Shown piece after piece: positions 38,803 through 51,431 of a stretch of DNA of 64,000 bases. Location of the stretch: contig CAVRAY010000001.1 of assembly GCA_963719225.1 (NCBI GenBank), positions 1,024,001-1,088,000 of the forward strand, written 5' to 3'. The first letter of the stretch is position 1, and the number at the start of each line of letters is the position of its first letter. Below the pieces are notes generated by a model. The model worked only from the letters and a program-made list of their open reading frames with translations, was not told the DNA's origin and did no database searches. The stretch is from Thermoanaerobaculia bacterium. GTDB taxonomy: Bacteria; Acidobacteriota; Thermoanaerobaculia; UBA5066. The position numbers and the translations under genes were made by a program.

Positions 38803-39099
38803 TCAGGCCGGGAGGGTCGACATGCCCACGTCGTACGTTTCGACGCGCGGGCTCCCCTCGAGCAGCGGAGTGAGCTTCTCGACGATCTTCGGGAACGTCG
38901 CGGTCTGGTAGGTGTCCGCGTACTTGCGGTCGTCCCAGAGGCTGATCCCGACGGCGACGTTGCGGTTCACAAGCATCAGCTCCTGCTTGAAGCCTTCCTG
39001 CTTCTTGAGGAGAGGGAGAACTTCGTTCGCGAAGAGCGTGTTGAAGTCCTTCTCGCGGCCGCTCTTGATCTGGAAATGGACATTGCGGGCAAACTTCAT
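38803..39099 (-). CDS. Small ABM/Dabb-like protein, copy 2
   Basis: 98 aa; about 80 residues identical to copy 1 by manual comparison. Confidence 0.75.
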   Translation of the reverse strand: MKFARNVHFQIKSGREKDFNTLFANEVLPLLKKQEGFKQELMLVNRNVAVGISLWDDRKYADTYQTATFPKIVEKLTPLLEGSPRVETYDVGMSTLPA

Positions 39100-39233
39100 C
39101 TTGAAATGGTCCTGACTCCCTTGCACCTGGTTGACGAAATCGCAGGCCTGCGCGACGAGGGACCGCGCACCGCAAGGGGAAGGCGCTCGGTCCGAGGTCA
39201 ACGTATCAAAGGAGAGATCGTATGTCCAGCAAC
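39100..39233 (-). promoter_or_regulatory. Conserved promoter and structured 5' leader, copy 2
   Basis: Homologous to 32883..33018. Confidence 0.5.
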
Positions 39234-39559
39234 GGATTTTGGGCGCTTCGAGCCTCGCGCTCGACGCCCTCGCAGACGATCGAGCAGATCCGCAGGAGCG
39301 TCGGGTCGGCGATTCTGTAGACGGCGCGCGTGCCGTCCTTGCGGCGGCCGACGAGCGACGAGCGGTGGAGGACGGCGAGGTGCTTGCTCACGTTCGCCTG
39401 CGTCCCGCCGACCTCGTCCACGATCTCGCCCACCGAAGATTCGCCGCGCGCGAGACGGCGCAGGATCTTGAGCCGCATCGGCTCCGAGAGCGCGCGGAAC
39501 CGCGACGCGACCTCCTCGCAGCCGGCGTCCGTCAGGGGAAGGTGCGCCTTCATCGCCAT
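39206..39559 (-). CDS. ArsR/SmtB-family repressor, copy B
   Basis: 12 differences from copy A over the first 104 aa; unrelated C-terminal tail; TCGCCATATGGCGA palindrome at 39553..39566. Confidence 0.85.
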   Translation of the reverse strand: MAMKAHLPLTDAGCEEVASRFRALSEPMRLKILRRLARGESSVGEIVDEVGGTQANVSKHLAVLHRSSLVGRRKDGTRAVYRIADPTLLRICSIVCEGVEREARSAQNPLLDIRSLL

Positions 39560-39567
39560 ATGGCGAC

Positions 39568-39845
39568 TCAGGCGTCCCAGGACTCGAGGGTCCAGGTGAT
39601 GACGTGGGGACAGGGCCCGGCGCCCGGCAGCGCCTTGAGAGCCGCGCGCAGTTTCGGGACCTCCTCGTCCGCGACGAAGGACATGATGATCGTCGACGTC
39701 TTCGGGAACGCCGCCGAGCCGAGGTGCCGGCCCGACGACCCGACGCCCCGGGCGTCGACTTCGGTGTAGCCGGTCGCCCCGGCGCGCTCGAGGGCGATCT
39801 CGACGTCCTCGCGGCAGGCGGTGCCGGCGACGACCATGAGCATCT

Positions 39846-39849
<4 letters not shown>
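39568..39849 (-). CDS. P-II/GlnB-like small protein
   Basis: MKMLMVV...GATGYTEVDARGVGSSG pattern; coupled to the RND stop. Confidence 0.65.
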
Positions 39850-43114
<3,265 letters not shown>

Positions 43115-43118
<4 letters not shown>

Positions 43119-44305
43119 CGGGCGGTTCCCTTCGCCCCGGCGTCTTTCGGTTCTGCGACGGGCGCACCGTCCGCGGGCGGCGCCGTGAGGCCGACGAGAA
43201 CCGTCTCGCCGCCGGAGAGGCCGGAGAGAATCTCGATCTTCCCGCCCTGCGAGGCGCCGGTTGTGACGATGCGGGTACGCGCCTTGCCTGCGTCGTCCTT
43301 CACGGCGACGAGGGTGACTCCGCCGCTCGCGAGAACGGCGCTCTCGGGAACGAGAACCGAGGAGCGGACGGCGGTCTCGAGCGTCGCGCGGCCCGTGAGG
43401 CCGGTCGCAGCGGGCGAGCCGGACAGCTCGAGCGTCACCGTGTAGGTGTGGGTGGCGGAGTCGGCGCCGGGCGACATCTCGACGACCGTGCCCGTCATGC
43501 CGGCGGCCACGCCGTCGATCCGGACGGGCAGCTTCTGCCCTGCCTTGAGGCCGGACGCGGCGACGGTCCCGGCCGGGACCTGCACGACGAGGCGGCGGCC
43601 CGTCGCGGATTCGATCGTGACGAGCGGGCGGCCCGGAGCGGCGAGGTCGCCGGCCTCGACGAGGCGAGAGGCCACGCGGCCGGCGAACGGCGCCGTGACG
43701 CGGGACTCCCGTGCGACGGAGGAGGCTGCGTCAACCGCTCCTTCGCCCTGCTGGACGGCGCCCTTCGCCTGCTCGTACTGCATCCGGTTCATGTCGAGCT
43801 CGAGCGGCGAGGCGGAACCCGAGGCCGCGAGGGCCTTGTAGCGTTCGTAGTTGCGCTCGGCGAGGGAGAGCGCCGCGCGAGCCTGCGCGAGCGCGCCCCT
43901 CGCCTGAGCCTCCTGGCCCTTCGCCGTCTGCGGGTCGATCTCCACGAGGACGTCGCCGGCGGCGACGGACTGGCCGACGCGCGCCCGCACCGCCACGACG
44001 TTCGCCGTGACGCGCGATGAGACGGCGGCGGAGCGGTCGGCCGTGACGGTGCCGTAGAGAGTCAGGCGGTCCGGCTGCGAGGCCCTCTCCACTGTTGTTG
44101 TGGCAGCGGATACGGGAGGAAGAGGAGGATTTTTCTTAGAAGGTGAATGCGGGGAGCCGCAGGCGCCCAGCGAAGCCGCGCCCGCGGTGACGAGGCCCAA
44201 TACCACCGTCAAAGGAACTCCGGGTCTTCCGGTCTTCACCTTCGAAGAAAATCCGAATCCGAATCCGATCTTGGTCCCGATCTTTCTCAATCCGATCACC
44301 CTCAC
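43115..44305 (-). CDS. RND periplasmic adaptor (MFP), lipoprotein
   Basis: LGAC lipobox, lipoyl/barrel motifs (GQSVAAGDVL, VTAPFAG), EILSGL; the start is uncertain. Confidence 0.88.
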
Positions 44306-45681
44306 TCCGTTCCTCCGTTCAAGACACTCTCGGGGCGGCGTCCCGCCTTGACGGCGAGCTTCAGCGCCGCCGTGTGCGCATCGGCGCGGGTGACGAGCTC
44401 CCGCGTTTCCGCCTCGCGGCGGGCCGTCGTGACGTCCAGGAGATCGAGCGTCTTGACGACACCCGCCCGGAAACGGTCGTCCGTGATGCGCTCGGCCTCG
44501 CGCGCAGACTCGAGCGCCCTCTTCGCGGTCTCGTGCCGGGCCTCGGCGGTCCTCGCCTCCTCGAAGGCCTGCCGGACCTCGAGGCGCACGCCTTCCGTGA
44601 ACCGGGCGAGGTCTTCGCGGCCGGCCCGGGCGTCCTCGCGCGCCGCGATTGCGGCGGCTCGGTCCGCGCCCCCCTGAAACACGTTCCAGGTGGCGACCGC
44701 CATGATCGAGCCCGACGTGCCCGTCGAGCCGAACGGCTTGTCTCCGTAGAGCTCGCCCTTGGCGACGAGCGCGAGCTTCGGCCAGAAGGGCGCCCGCTTC
44801 ACCTTCTCCTCGAGCTGGCCCGCCGCGAGGAGCTTCTTCGCCGAGCCGAGGTCGGGGCGTTCGGCGGCGGTCGCGAGCCAGCCGTCGACCGGCGTCGCGA
44901 CGGGGCGCGGGTCGGGCAGCGGGGCCAGGTCCCACGAGGACCCGCCTGCGGCGCCGAGCCGGAACGCGAGGTTCGCGTTCGCGACCCGCACGCGGCCGTC
45001 GGCCTCGGTCACGAGGTCGTCCATCCGGGCGAGCTCGACCTCGGCCCTCAGGAGCTCCGACCGGACGAGCATGCCCTGCGTGACGAAGTCGCCGGCGAGC
45101 TTGACGTGCGCCGCGACCGTGTCGCGCGACTTGTGGAGGAGCGCCGCGTGCTCCTCGGCCTGTGCGACCATAACGTACGCCTCGGCGGCCGAAAGGGCTG
45201 CGTTGTCGGCCACCCACGCGGACGTGCCGGAGGCGGCCCCGGCCGCGAGGCGGGCCTGGTCGATACGCCCCGAGAGCTCGCCGCCCGTGAAGAGGGGGAA
45301 GACGATCTCGGCGCGCGTGATGCCGGTGTTCAGGGGCGCCGCGTCGTTCGGGTCGCTCGCGACGAACTCCGGGAACGAGAACGTGCCCTGGTTGAGCTTC
45401 AGGGCGAACGCCTCGGCCGGGTTGTTCGTGCGCATGAAGAGCGCCGTCAGGTTGAGCGACGGGAGGCGCATGGCCTTCGCCTGGGAGGCCCTGGCCTCGG
45501 CGGCACCCTGGCGGGCCTGTGCAGCCGTCACTTCCCGGGCGCTTTCCCGAGCCTTTTGCATCGCGCTCGCCAGAGTGAGAGGCGAAGGGGCCGGCTCGGC
45601 GGCCCGGACGGACCCCGCCAGGGCCCACGCGAGAAAGAGGAGAACGAGGGGGTTGCGTTTTTCCTTCACGGCTGCTACCAT
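44302..45681 (-). CDS. TolC-family outer membrane protein
   Basis: Signal peptide, PLFTGG, WNVFQGG and paired helical repeats; alternative GTG start at 45669. Confidence 0.88.
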   Translation of the reverse strand: MVAAVKEKRNPLVLLFLAWALAGSVRAAEPAPSPLTLASAMQKARESAREVTAAQARQGAAEARASQAKAMRLPSLNLTALFMRTNNPAEAFALKLNQGTFSFPEFVASDPNDAAPLNTGITRAEIVFPLFTGGELSGRIDQARLAAGAASGTSAWVADNAALSAAEAYVMVAQAEEHAALLHKSRDTVAAHVKLAGDFVTQGMLVRSELLRAEVELARMDDLVTEADGRVRVANANLAFRLGAAGGSSWDLAPLPDPRPVATPVDGWLATAAERPDLGSAKKLLAAGQLEEKVKRAPFWPKLALVAKGELYGDKPFGSTGTSGSIMAVATWNVFQGGADRAAAIAAREDARAGREDLARFTEGVRLEVRQAFEEARTAEARHETAKRALESAREAERITDDRFRAGVVKTLDLLDVTTARREAETRELVTRADAHTAALKLAVKAGRRPESVLNGGTE

Positions 45682-45694
45682 ATAGCTATATGGT
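45677..45694. promoter_or_regulatory. Perfect 18-bp palindrome, candidate ArsR operator
   Basis: ACCATATAGCTATATGGT between the divergent tolC and DUF2892 genes, inside a minus-strand TTGACT...TATGGT promoter. Confidence 0.65.
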
Positions 45695-45740
45695 TATAGA
45701 AGTCAATGGCCCCGTTACGGTCGATCCAAAGGAGACACCG

Positions 45741-45974
45741 ATGACCATCAACGACGCCCTCCGCAGCATCGCCGGATTCTTCGTCCTCGCCTCGGTCGCC
45801 CTCGGATACTTCGTCCACCCGGCCTTCTTGATCTTCACGGCCTTCGTGGGGGTCAACCTGCTTCAGAGCGGATTCACGAAGTGGTGCCCGATGATGTTCA
45901 TCCTCGGCAAGACAGGGCTGAAGGACGCGGTCGACCAGCCCAAGGCGCCCTGCTGCGCCGGGGAGGCCGCGTGA
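45741..45974 (+). CDS. DUF2892 (YgaP-like) membrane protein
   Basis: FVGVNLLQSGFTKWCPM motif; AAAGGAG RBS. Confidence 0.82.
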   Translation: MTINDALRSIAGFFVLASVALGYFVHPAFLIFTAFVGVNLLQSGFTKWCPMMFILGKTGLKDAVDQPKAPCCAGEAA

Positions 45975-46357
45975 ACGTCGCCGTCTCGTTCCCCGGCGGA
46001 GTGGCCGTCGAGGCCGACGTGAAGGGCCACCGGGTGCGGACCGACCAGCCGCGCCCCTACGGGGAAGACTCCGCGGCCGCGCCCTTCGACCTCTTCATCG
46101 CCTCGATCGCGACGTGCATGGGCTTCTACGCCCTGCGCTTCTGCCAGGAGCGCGGGATCGCGACGGAGGGACTCGGCCTCTCGGTCGAGACCGTCCGCGA
46201 CGAGGTGAAGAAGCGCCTCGCGACGATCCGGGTCGCGCTCACGCTCCCTCCCGGCTTCCCGGAGAAATACCAGGGCGCCATCCAGCGCGCCGTCGACCAG
46301 TGCGCGGTCAAGAAGCACATGGTCGAGCCGCCGGCGTTCGAGCTGACGGTCCACTAG
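45971..46357 (+). CDS. OsmC-family protein
   Basis: TDQP, PFDLFIASIATC and DQCAVKK motifs. Confidence 0.85.
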   Translation: MNVAVSFPGGVAVEADVKGHRVRTDQPRPYGEDSAAAPFDLFIASIATCMGFYALRFCQERGIATEGLGLSVETVRDEVKKRLATIRVALTLPPGFPEKYQGAIQRAVDQCAVKKHMVEPPAFELTVH

Positions 46358-46363
46358 CGCCGG

Positions 46364-46741
46364 TCAGACCGCGCCGAAGAAGCCCCAGGAAAGGGCGAGA
46401 AGCACGGCGAGCGTGACGCCGACGTAGAGTCGGTCGCGCTCGCGCGCGAACTCGACGAGGCACAGGGCGACGCGCGCGAACGGCGTCGCGATGAGGAGCA
46501 GGACACCGAGCTGCATGATTCCGCGGGGGTGGGCCCATCCCGCGTACGCGAGCAGGTCCGGGATGGCGCGAAAGACCGCCGGCTCGCCGCGAAACATGTG
46601 GTAGTCGACGTGCCGGGCGCCGTCGCGCACGAGAAACGGAACGAGGCCGAGGACGATCACGGCGCTCGAGACGAGCACGCCGAGGCGCAGGATCGCCCCG
46701 ACCTCCCGCCCGAGGCGGCGCACCCTCCATCCGTCCGTCAC
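46364..46741 (-). CDS. DUF1634 membrane protein
   Basis: LRLGVLVS and LGVLLLIATPFARV motifs; follows TauE. Confidence 0.8.
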   Translation of the reverse strand: MTDGWRVRRLGREVGAILRLGVLVSSAVIVLGLVPFLVRDGARHVDYHMFRGEPAVFRAIPDLLAYAGWAHPRGIMQLGVLLLIATPFARVALCLVEFARERDRLYVGVTLAVLLALSWGFFGAV

Positions 46742-47574
46742 GCCGCACCCCGAAGGCCATGGACGATCATCTGGACGGCCATCACGAGGACGACGGCCGT
46801 GAAGACGAGGCGGAGGACGTTCGAGCGCGCCCGGGTGAGAATGCGCGCGCCGAGCGCCGAGCCCGCGAGGACACCGAGGACGACGGGCGCGGCGAGCGCC
46901 GGGTCGACGTATCCGCGGCTCAAGTAGACGCCGGCGCTCGCGGCCGCAGTCACACCGATCATGAAGTTGCTCGTCGTCGTCGAGACTTTGTAGGGGAGCC
47001 CGAGCACGTTGTCCATCGAGAGCACCTTGAGCGCGCCCGAACCGATCCCGAGGAGGCCGGAGGCCGCGCCCGCGACGACCATCAGAGACCACGCGAATGG
47101 GACGCGCCGCGGGTAGTACTCATGCTCGCCGGCGAGGGAGGGGTACGAGCCATTGAGGCCGAGACGCGTCGCGAGCGGATCGGGTGACCCGCTTGCCCCG
47201 GTCACGCGGTGCTCCTTCCACGAGAACGCCACCGAGGTGACGAGGACGACGCCGAAAATCACGGCGATCGCGGACGTCGGGACCCGCGATGCGAGGAACG
47301 CGCCCAGGAGAGCGCCGAGGGTCGTCGCGATCTCGAAAAAGAGGCCGATCCGCACGTTCGAGAATCCCTCGCGGACGTAGGCCGCCGCGGCGCCGCTCGA
47401 CGTCGCGATCACGGCGACGAGGGCCGTCCCGATCGCGTACTTGATGTCGACGCCGAGACCGAGCGTCAGGAGCGGGACGAGGACGACGCCGCCACCGAGT
47501 CCCGTGAGCGCGCCGACGAAGCCCGCGGCGGCGGCGCCGGAAAGAAGGAGCGCGCTGAAGGCGAGGACGTTCAC
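46738..47574 (-). CDS. TauE/SafE (TSUP) family permease
   Basis: GALTGLGGG, ATSSGAAAAY, GLLGIGSG and STTTSNFMIGVT motifs. Confidence 0.88.
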   Translation of the reverse strand: MNVLAFSALLLSGAAAAGFVGALTGLGGGVVLVPLLTLGLGVDIKYAIGTALVAVIATSSGAAAAYVREGFSNVRIGLFFEIATTLGALLGAFLASRVPTSAIAVIFGVVLVTSVAFSWKEHRVTGASGSPDPLATRLGLNGSYPSLAGEHEYYPRRVPFAWSLMVVAGAASGLLGIGSGALKVLSMDNVLGLPYKVSTTTSNFMIGVTAAASAGVYLSRGYVDPALAAPVVLGVLAGSALGARILTRARSNVLRLVFTAVVLVMAVQMIVHGLRGAA

Positions 47575-47625
47575 GGCCTCACTTTACCGGGGTGCCGGTC
47601 CGGACCCCTGCGCTAAGCTGGGCTC

Positions 47626-48414
47626 GTGGGAGGGTCGGCTCTCCGCGCGGTCGCCTTTCTCGTCGGGCTGCTCGGTTTCAAGGCGGTCGAAGCGCTGGAG
47701 CCGCATCATGCGCCCACCGCCCCTCTCCGGCTGCGTTGGATCACGAATCTCGGCCTCGGGCTCGTCAACGGCGTTCTCGTCTCGCTCCTCTGCGCCTCGT
47801 GCTTCATTCTGACGGCACAGGGCCGACTCCCCGCGGCCTTCGCCCCGCTGCCACGGCTCACATCGAACCTCTGGGTCCAGATCGTCGTCGCCGTCGTGTT
47901 CCTCGACCTCCTCACGTACGCGCTTCATCGCGCCTACCACCGCGTCCCGTTCTTCTGGCGCTTCCACCTGGTGCACCACACCGATCTCGATCTCGACGTC
48001 TCCTCGGCGTCGCGTTTCCACACGGGCGAGGTGCTCTTCTCCTCCGTCGTGAAGCTCGGCGCGATCACCCTGGCCGGCATCCCGCCTCTGGGACTCGTCG
48101 TCTTCGAGGTCGTGATGCTCGCCTGCGCCCAGTTCCAGCACGCGAACATCAAGGTTCCGGCGCGGCTGGAGCCGATTCTCTGGCGGACGCTCGTGCCCCC
48201 GGCGATGCACCGGCTCCATCATGCCCCGAACCGCAAGGACACCGACTCGAATTACGGGACGATCCTGACCACCTGGGATTACCTGCTGGGGACGTTCAAT
48301 CGCCGGGCGGCCGAAGACCAGCCGTCGTTCGGCGTTCCCCGGATGCGCGATCCGAAATTGCTCTCCCTGGGCTCGCTCGCGACGCTGCCGTTCCGGCGCT
48401 CCGCCGAAGGCTGA
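47626..48414 (+). CDS. Sterol desaturase/fatty-acid hydroxylase family protein
   Basis: His boxes HRAYH, HLVHH, FQH and HRLHH; SNYG..WD. Confidence 0.88.
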   Translation: MGGSALRAVAFLVGLLGFKAVEALEPHHAPTAPLRLRWITNLGLGLVNGVLVSLLCASCFILTAQGRLPAAFAPLPRLTSNLWVQIVVAVVFLDLLTYALHRAYHRVPFFWRFHLVHHTDLDLDVSSASRFHTGEVLFSSVVKLGAITLAGIPPLGLVVFEVVMLACAQFQHANIKVPARLEPILWRTLVPPAMHRLHHAPNRKDTDSNYGTILTTWDYLLGTFNRRAAEDQPSFGVPRMRDPKLLSLGSLATLPFRRSAEG

Positions 48415-48417
48415 CGC

Positions 48418-49119
48418 TCAATCCGCGAGAATCGCCGACAGCCGTTCCACGATCGCGTGTCCGGCTTCCTTGTCGTAGGGAGCCGCGTAGAACTGAGCGA
48501 GATCGAGGGGAGCGTGCATGGCGACGCGGCAGGTCTTCAGGATCTTTCCCGGGAGCTGCTTGTGGAGGAGAAGCCTGCGGAAGCCGTCCACGCGCACGGG
48601 GACGGCCACGGCCTTCGTGCGATGAAGGAGCTGGGCGACGCCCGGCCTCAGCGGCGCGCCCTTCTGCGTCGTGCCGGCGGGAAAGTGGAGGAGCCACCCG
48701 TTCGTGATGGCCTCCTCCACTTTCGCGACGCCCTCGAAGTCGACGGTCCTCTTCACCTCTTTCCCGCCTTCGCGAAAGCTGCGTCGGAACGTGACGCCGC
48801 CCGCCTTCGTGAAGAGCTGCGTCAGGGGGTTCTGCTTCATCGTCTCCGTCGCCGCCGAGAAGCGCATGAACGGGTTCTCGAGGGGGAGGTGGTGCTTCAC
48901 GTACACGATGTCGAAGATCGCCATCGCCTCCATGAAATACGTCTGGTGGTTCGACAGAAAGACGACGTTCTTCCGCGGTAATCTGTCGATGATCGAGTCG
49001 CCGGTGACTTTCACGCGGTTCAGCAGCCTGAAATAGGGCACCGTGAATCCGAGCCCGAGGCTCGTGATGATTCCGCGGCGAAGCCAGCGGTCGAGAAACG
49101 TCTGCTTGAGCGAGGCCAA
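48418..49119 (-). CDS. Lysophospholipid acyltransferase (PlsC-like)
   Basis: SNHQTYFME and FPAGT motifs. Confidence 0.75.
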   Translation of the reverse strand: MASLKQTFLDRWLRRGIITSLGLGFTVPYFRLLNRVKVTGDSIIDRLPRKNVVFLSNHQTYFMEAMAIFDIVYVKHHLPLENPFMRFSAATETMKQNPLTQLFTKAGGVTFRRSFREGGKEVKRTVDFEGVAKVEEAITNGWLLHFPAGTTQKGAPLRPGVAQLLHRTKAVAVPVRVDGFRRLLLHKQLPGKILKTCRVAMHAPLDLAQFYAAPYDKEAGHAIVERLSAILAD

Positions 49120-49148
49120 CCTGGGCGGATTCTAGGACGAGGACGCGG

Positions 49149-49658
49149 TCAGGGGCGGGCGGCCTGCTCGATTCCCCAGACGACCATGTCGGTCGATCTC
49201 GGAGCGTGGCCGAGGCGCCGCACCATCGAGGAAATCTGGCCCCGATGGTACGTCTGATGGTTCACGACGTGCCGGACGGCCACCCAGAAGGGGACCGTCC
49301 TCTCCTCGCCCTTCAGGTTCTTCCAGACGAACGGTCCCTGGAGGCGTTCTTGCGTGTAGGTCGCGAGGAGAGCCCGGTGCTTCTCCTGCGCCGCGAGCAG
49401 CACCCGCGCCGCGTCCTCGAGGCCGGGAAGCTCGTCGACCGCCGGAAGGCGCGTCGCGTCGCGGCCGGAGAAGCGCACGGCCCAGGCGTCCGTCGCGCCC
49501 GCGAGATGGACGAAGACGGCTCGCAGCGAGGGCCAGCCGCCCCCCTGATCCTTCGCGTAATCCTCCCCGGGCAGCACGCTCAGCGTCTCGAGGACGCGCG
49601 CGTTCGCCCACTCGTTGAAGGAGTAGAGGGAAGGGAGGTCGTCCGGCGGAAAGCTCAT
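49149..49658 (-). CDS. DinB-family protein
   Basis: FNEWAN, HL and HVVNHQTYHRGQ motifs. Confidence 0.85.
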   Translation of the reverse strand: MSFPPDDLPSLYSFNEWANARVLETLSVLPGEDYAKDQGGGWPSLRAVFVHLAGATDAWAVRFSGRDATRLPAVDELPGLEDAARVLLAAQEKHRALLATYTQERLQGPFVWKNLKGEERTVPFWVAVRHVVNHQTYHRGQISSMVRRLGHAPRSTDMVVWGIEQAARP

Positions 49659-50647
49659 TTGGTCGGGTCCTCGACGATCGTGTTCGTGAGAGTCCCGAGC
49701 CCGTCGATCGTGAGGCTCACGACGTCGCCCGGCTTCAGCCACTGATCGTGCGTGATCTTGGAGCCGTTCAGCTCCAGGAAGCAGCCGGTCCCGACGGTGC
49801 CCGAACCGATCACCTCTCCGGGTTCGAGCGTCACGCCGTCGGCGGCGCGCCGGATGATCTCGGCGAAGGTCCAGTTCATCTCGGAGACGTCGCCGTTCGA
49901 GACGGGAACGTGGTTCACCGTCGCCGACATGCGCGCGTGAAGCACGTTGCCCTTCGATGAAGGCTTCAGCCGGTCCTCGAGCTCGTCCTTCGTGACGAGC
50001 CACGGGCCGAGCCCCGTCGCAAAGTCCTTGCCCTTCGCCGGTCCCAGATTCAGCTTCATCTCCGCCGTCTGGAGCGCGCGCGCCGAAAAGTCGTTCAGGA
50101 CGCCGTAGCCGAAGATCGCGTCGTCGGCCTCGGCGAGCGTGGGGTTCGTGATCCTCTTTCCGATGACGCAGAACGCCTCCAGCTCGAAATCCAGCTTCTC
50201 GAGCCGGCTCCGGCCCACGCGCAGCTCGCCGGGACCGGTGACCGCGAGCGCGTTCGTGAAGTAGAAGACGGGGAACGCGTCGAACTCCGGGATCATCTCG
50301 AGGCCGCGGTTCCGGCGCGCCGTCTCGACGTGCTGGCGAAACGCGTATCCGTCGCGGATCGAAACCGGTCGCGGCAGCGGGGCGAGAAGGGTGACCGCCT
50401 GCTCCGAATGAAAGGCCTCGCGCGGCAGCTCGGAAGCCATCCCGAGGAGGGACCTCGCTTTCGGCACGAGCTCTTCGGCGCGCTCGACGAGGTCGAGCAT
50501 CCCGACCTTCGCGAACCGCGCGTCGGCGCGGGCGAACTCGAGGATCCGATCCTCTCCGACGAACGCGCCCAGACGCGGGCGCGGGAACGTGAAGACCCCC
50601 GAAGCCCCGGAATCGCCTTCCGAGGGAAGGAACGAAACCAGTCTCAT
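49655..50647 (-). CDS. Fumarylacetoacetate hydrolase family protein
   Basis: SIRDGYAFRQHV, PVFYFTN, DFELE, NDFSAR, KGKDF and GSGTVGTGC motifs. Confidence 0.9.
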   Translation of the reverse strand: MRLVSFLPSEGDSGASGVFTFPRPRLGAFVGEDRILEFARADARFAKVGMLDLVERAEELVPKARSLLGMASELPREAFHSEQAVTLLAPLPRPVSIRDGYAFRQHVETARRNRGLEMIPEFDAFPVFYFTNALAVTGPGELRVGRSRLEKLDFELEAFCVIGKRITNPTLAEADDAIFGYGVLNDFSARALQTAEMKLNLGPAKGKDFATGLGPWLVTKDELEDRLKPSSKGNVLHARMSATVNHVPVSNGDVSEMNWTFAEIIRRAADGVTLEPGEVIGSGTVGTGCFLELNGSKITHDQWLKPGDVVSLTIDGLGTLTNTIVEDPTK

Positions 50648-50698
50648 TTGACGGGAGTCTATCGCCGCGGAGCCCGGGCCGCCGTAAGCTCGCGGGTC

Positions 50699-51394
50699 AT
50701 GCCCCGGCCCTTCGGTCGCGATCGCCTCGGCGGTGTCCGGGACGGGAAGCTGCTTCTTCTCTGCGAGAGATCGAAGGGGTGGCGCGCCCGGTCGGGCGCC
50801 ACGGCGACGTCCCCCGAGCATCCGGGCACCTGCGTGCGGTGGGAAGACGAGCTCTTCGAGGTCGAGGACCTCGAGGCTTGCGCGGACGGGAGCGTGACGT
50901 ACGCGCTGCGCCCCTGGGACGTGCGCCACGCGATCCGCGTCGTCGACGCCTACAGCCCCGAGTCCGAGGCCGCGCGATCGGCCCGGGCGCGCGACGCGCG
51001 CCGCCGGGTCGAAGGACACACGGGGATTCTGCTCCTCGCGCCCCTGCTCGGTTGCCTTCCGGCCCTCGTCCAGGAGCGGCTCGAGAACGAATACAACGTC
51101 CGGGCGTCGTGGATGTCGCTCGCCTCGGCGCTGCCGCTCTTCATGTTCGGTGCGTTCTGCTTCATCGTGGCACTTGCTTCCGCTTTTGGAGGGCCGCCAA
51201 TCCTGCCGGACCGGGTCCTCTTCGTTGGGCAGTACCTCTGGATTGAATCTGCCGTGCGTATCACGGTCGCCTCCAGGCAGAACCGCGGTATCGGCAACGT
51301 CGCCGGAACGCTGCTCTACGAGATCTGGCATCTCGCGCGCAGGGGCCTTGACCGCGCCCGCCGCACGTCGCCTCCTCGAAAGGACACCGCTTGA
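50699..51394 (+). CDS. Hypothetical membrane protein
   Basis: Coding-like bias, C-terminal TM helices, and TAAGCT 8 nt upstream of the ATG. Confidence 0.55.
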   Translation: MPRPFGRDRLGGVRDGKLLLLCERSKGWRARSGATATSPEHPGTCVRWEDELFEVEDLEACADGSVTYALRPWDVRHAIRVVDAYSPESEAARSARARDARRRVEGHTGILLLAPLLGCLPALVQERLENEYNVRASWMSLASALPLFMFGAFCFIVALASAFGGPPILPDRVLFVGQYLWIESAVRITVASRQNRGIGNVAGTLLYEIWHLARRGLDRARRTSPPRKDTA

Positions 51395-51431
51395 ATGATT
51401 ATCCGGTCCGCTTCTTGCGTCGGCCCGGCGC

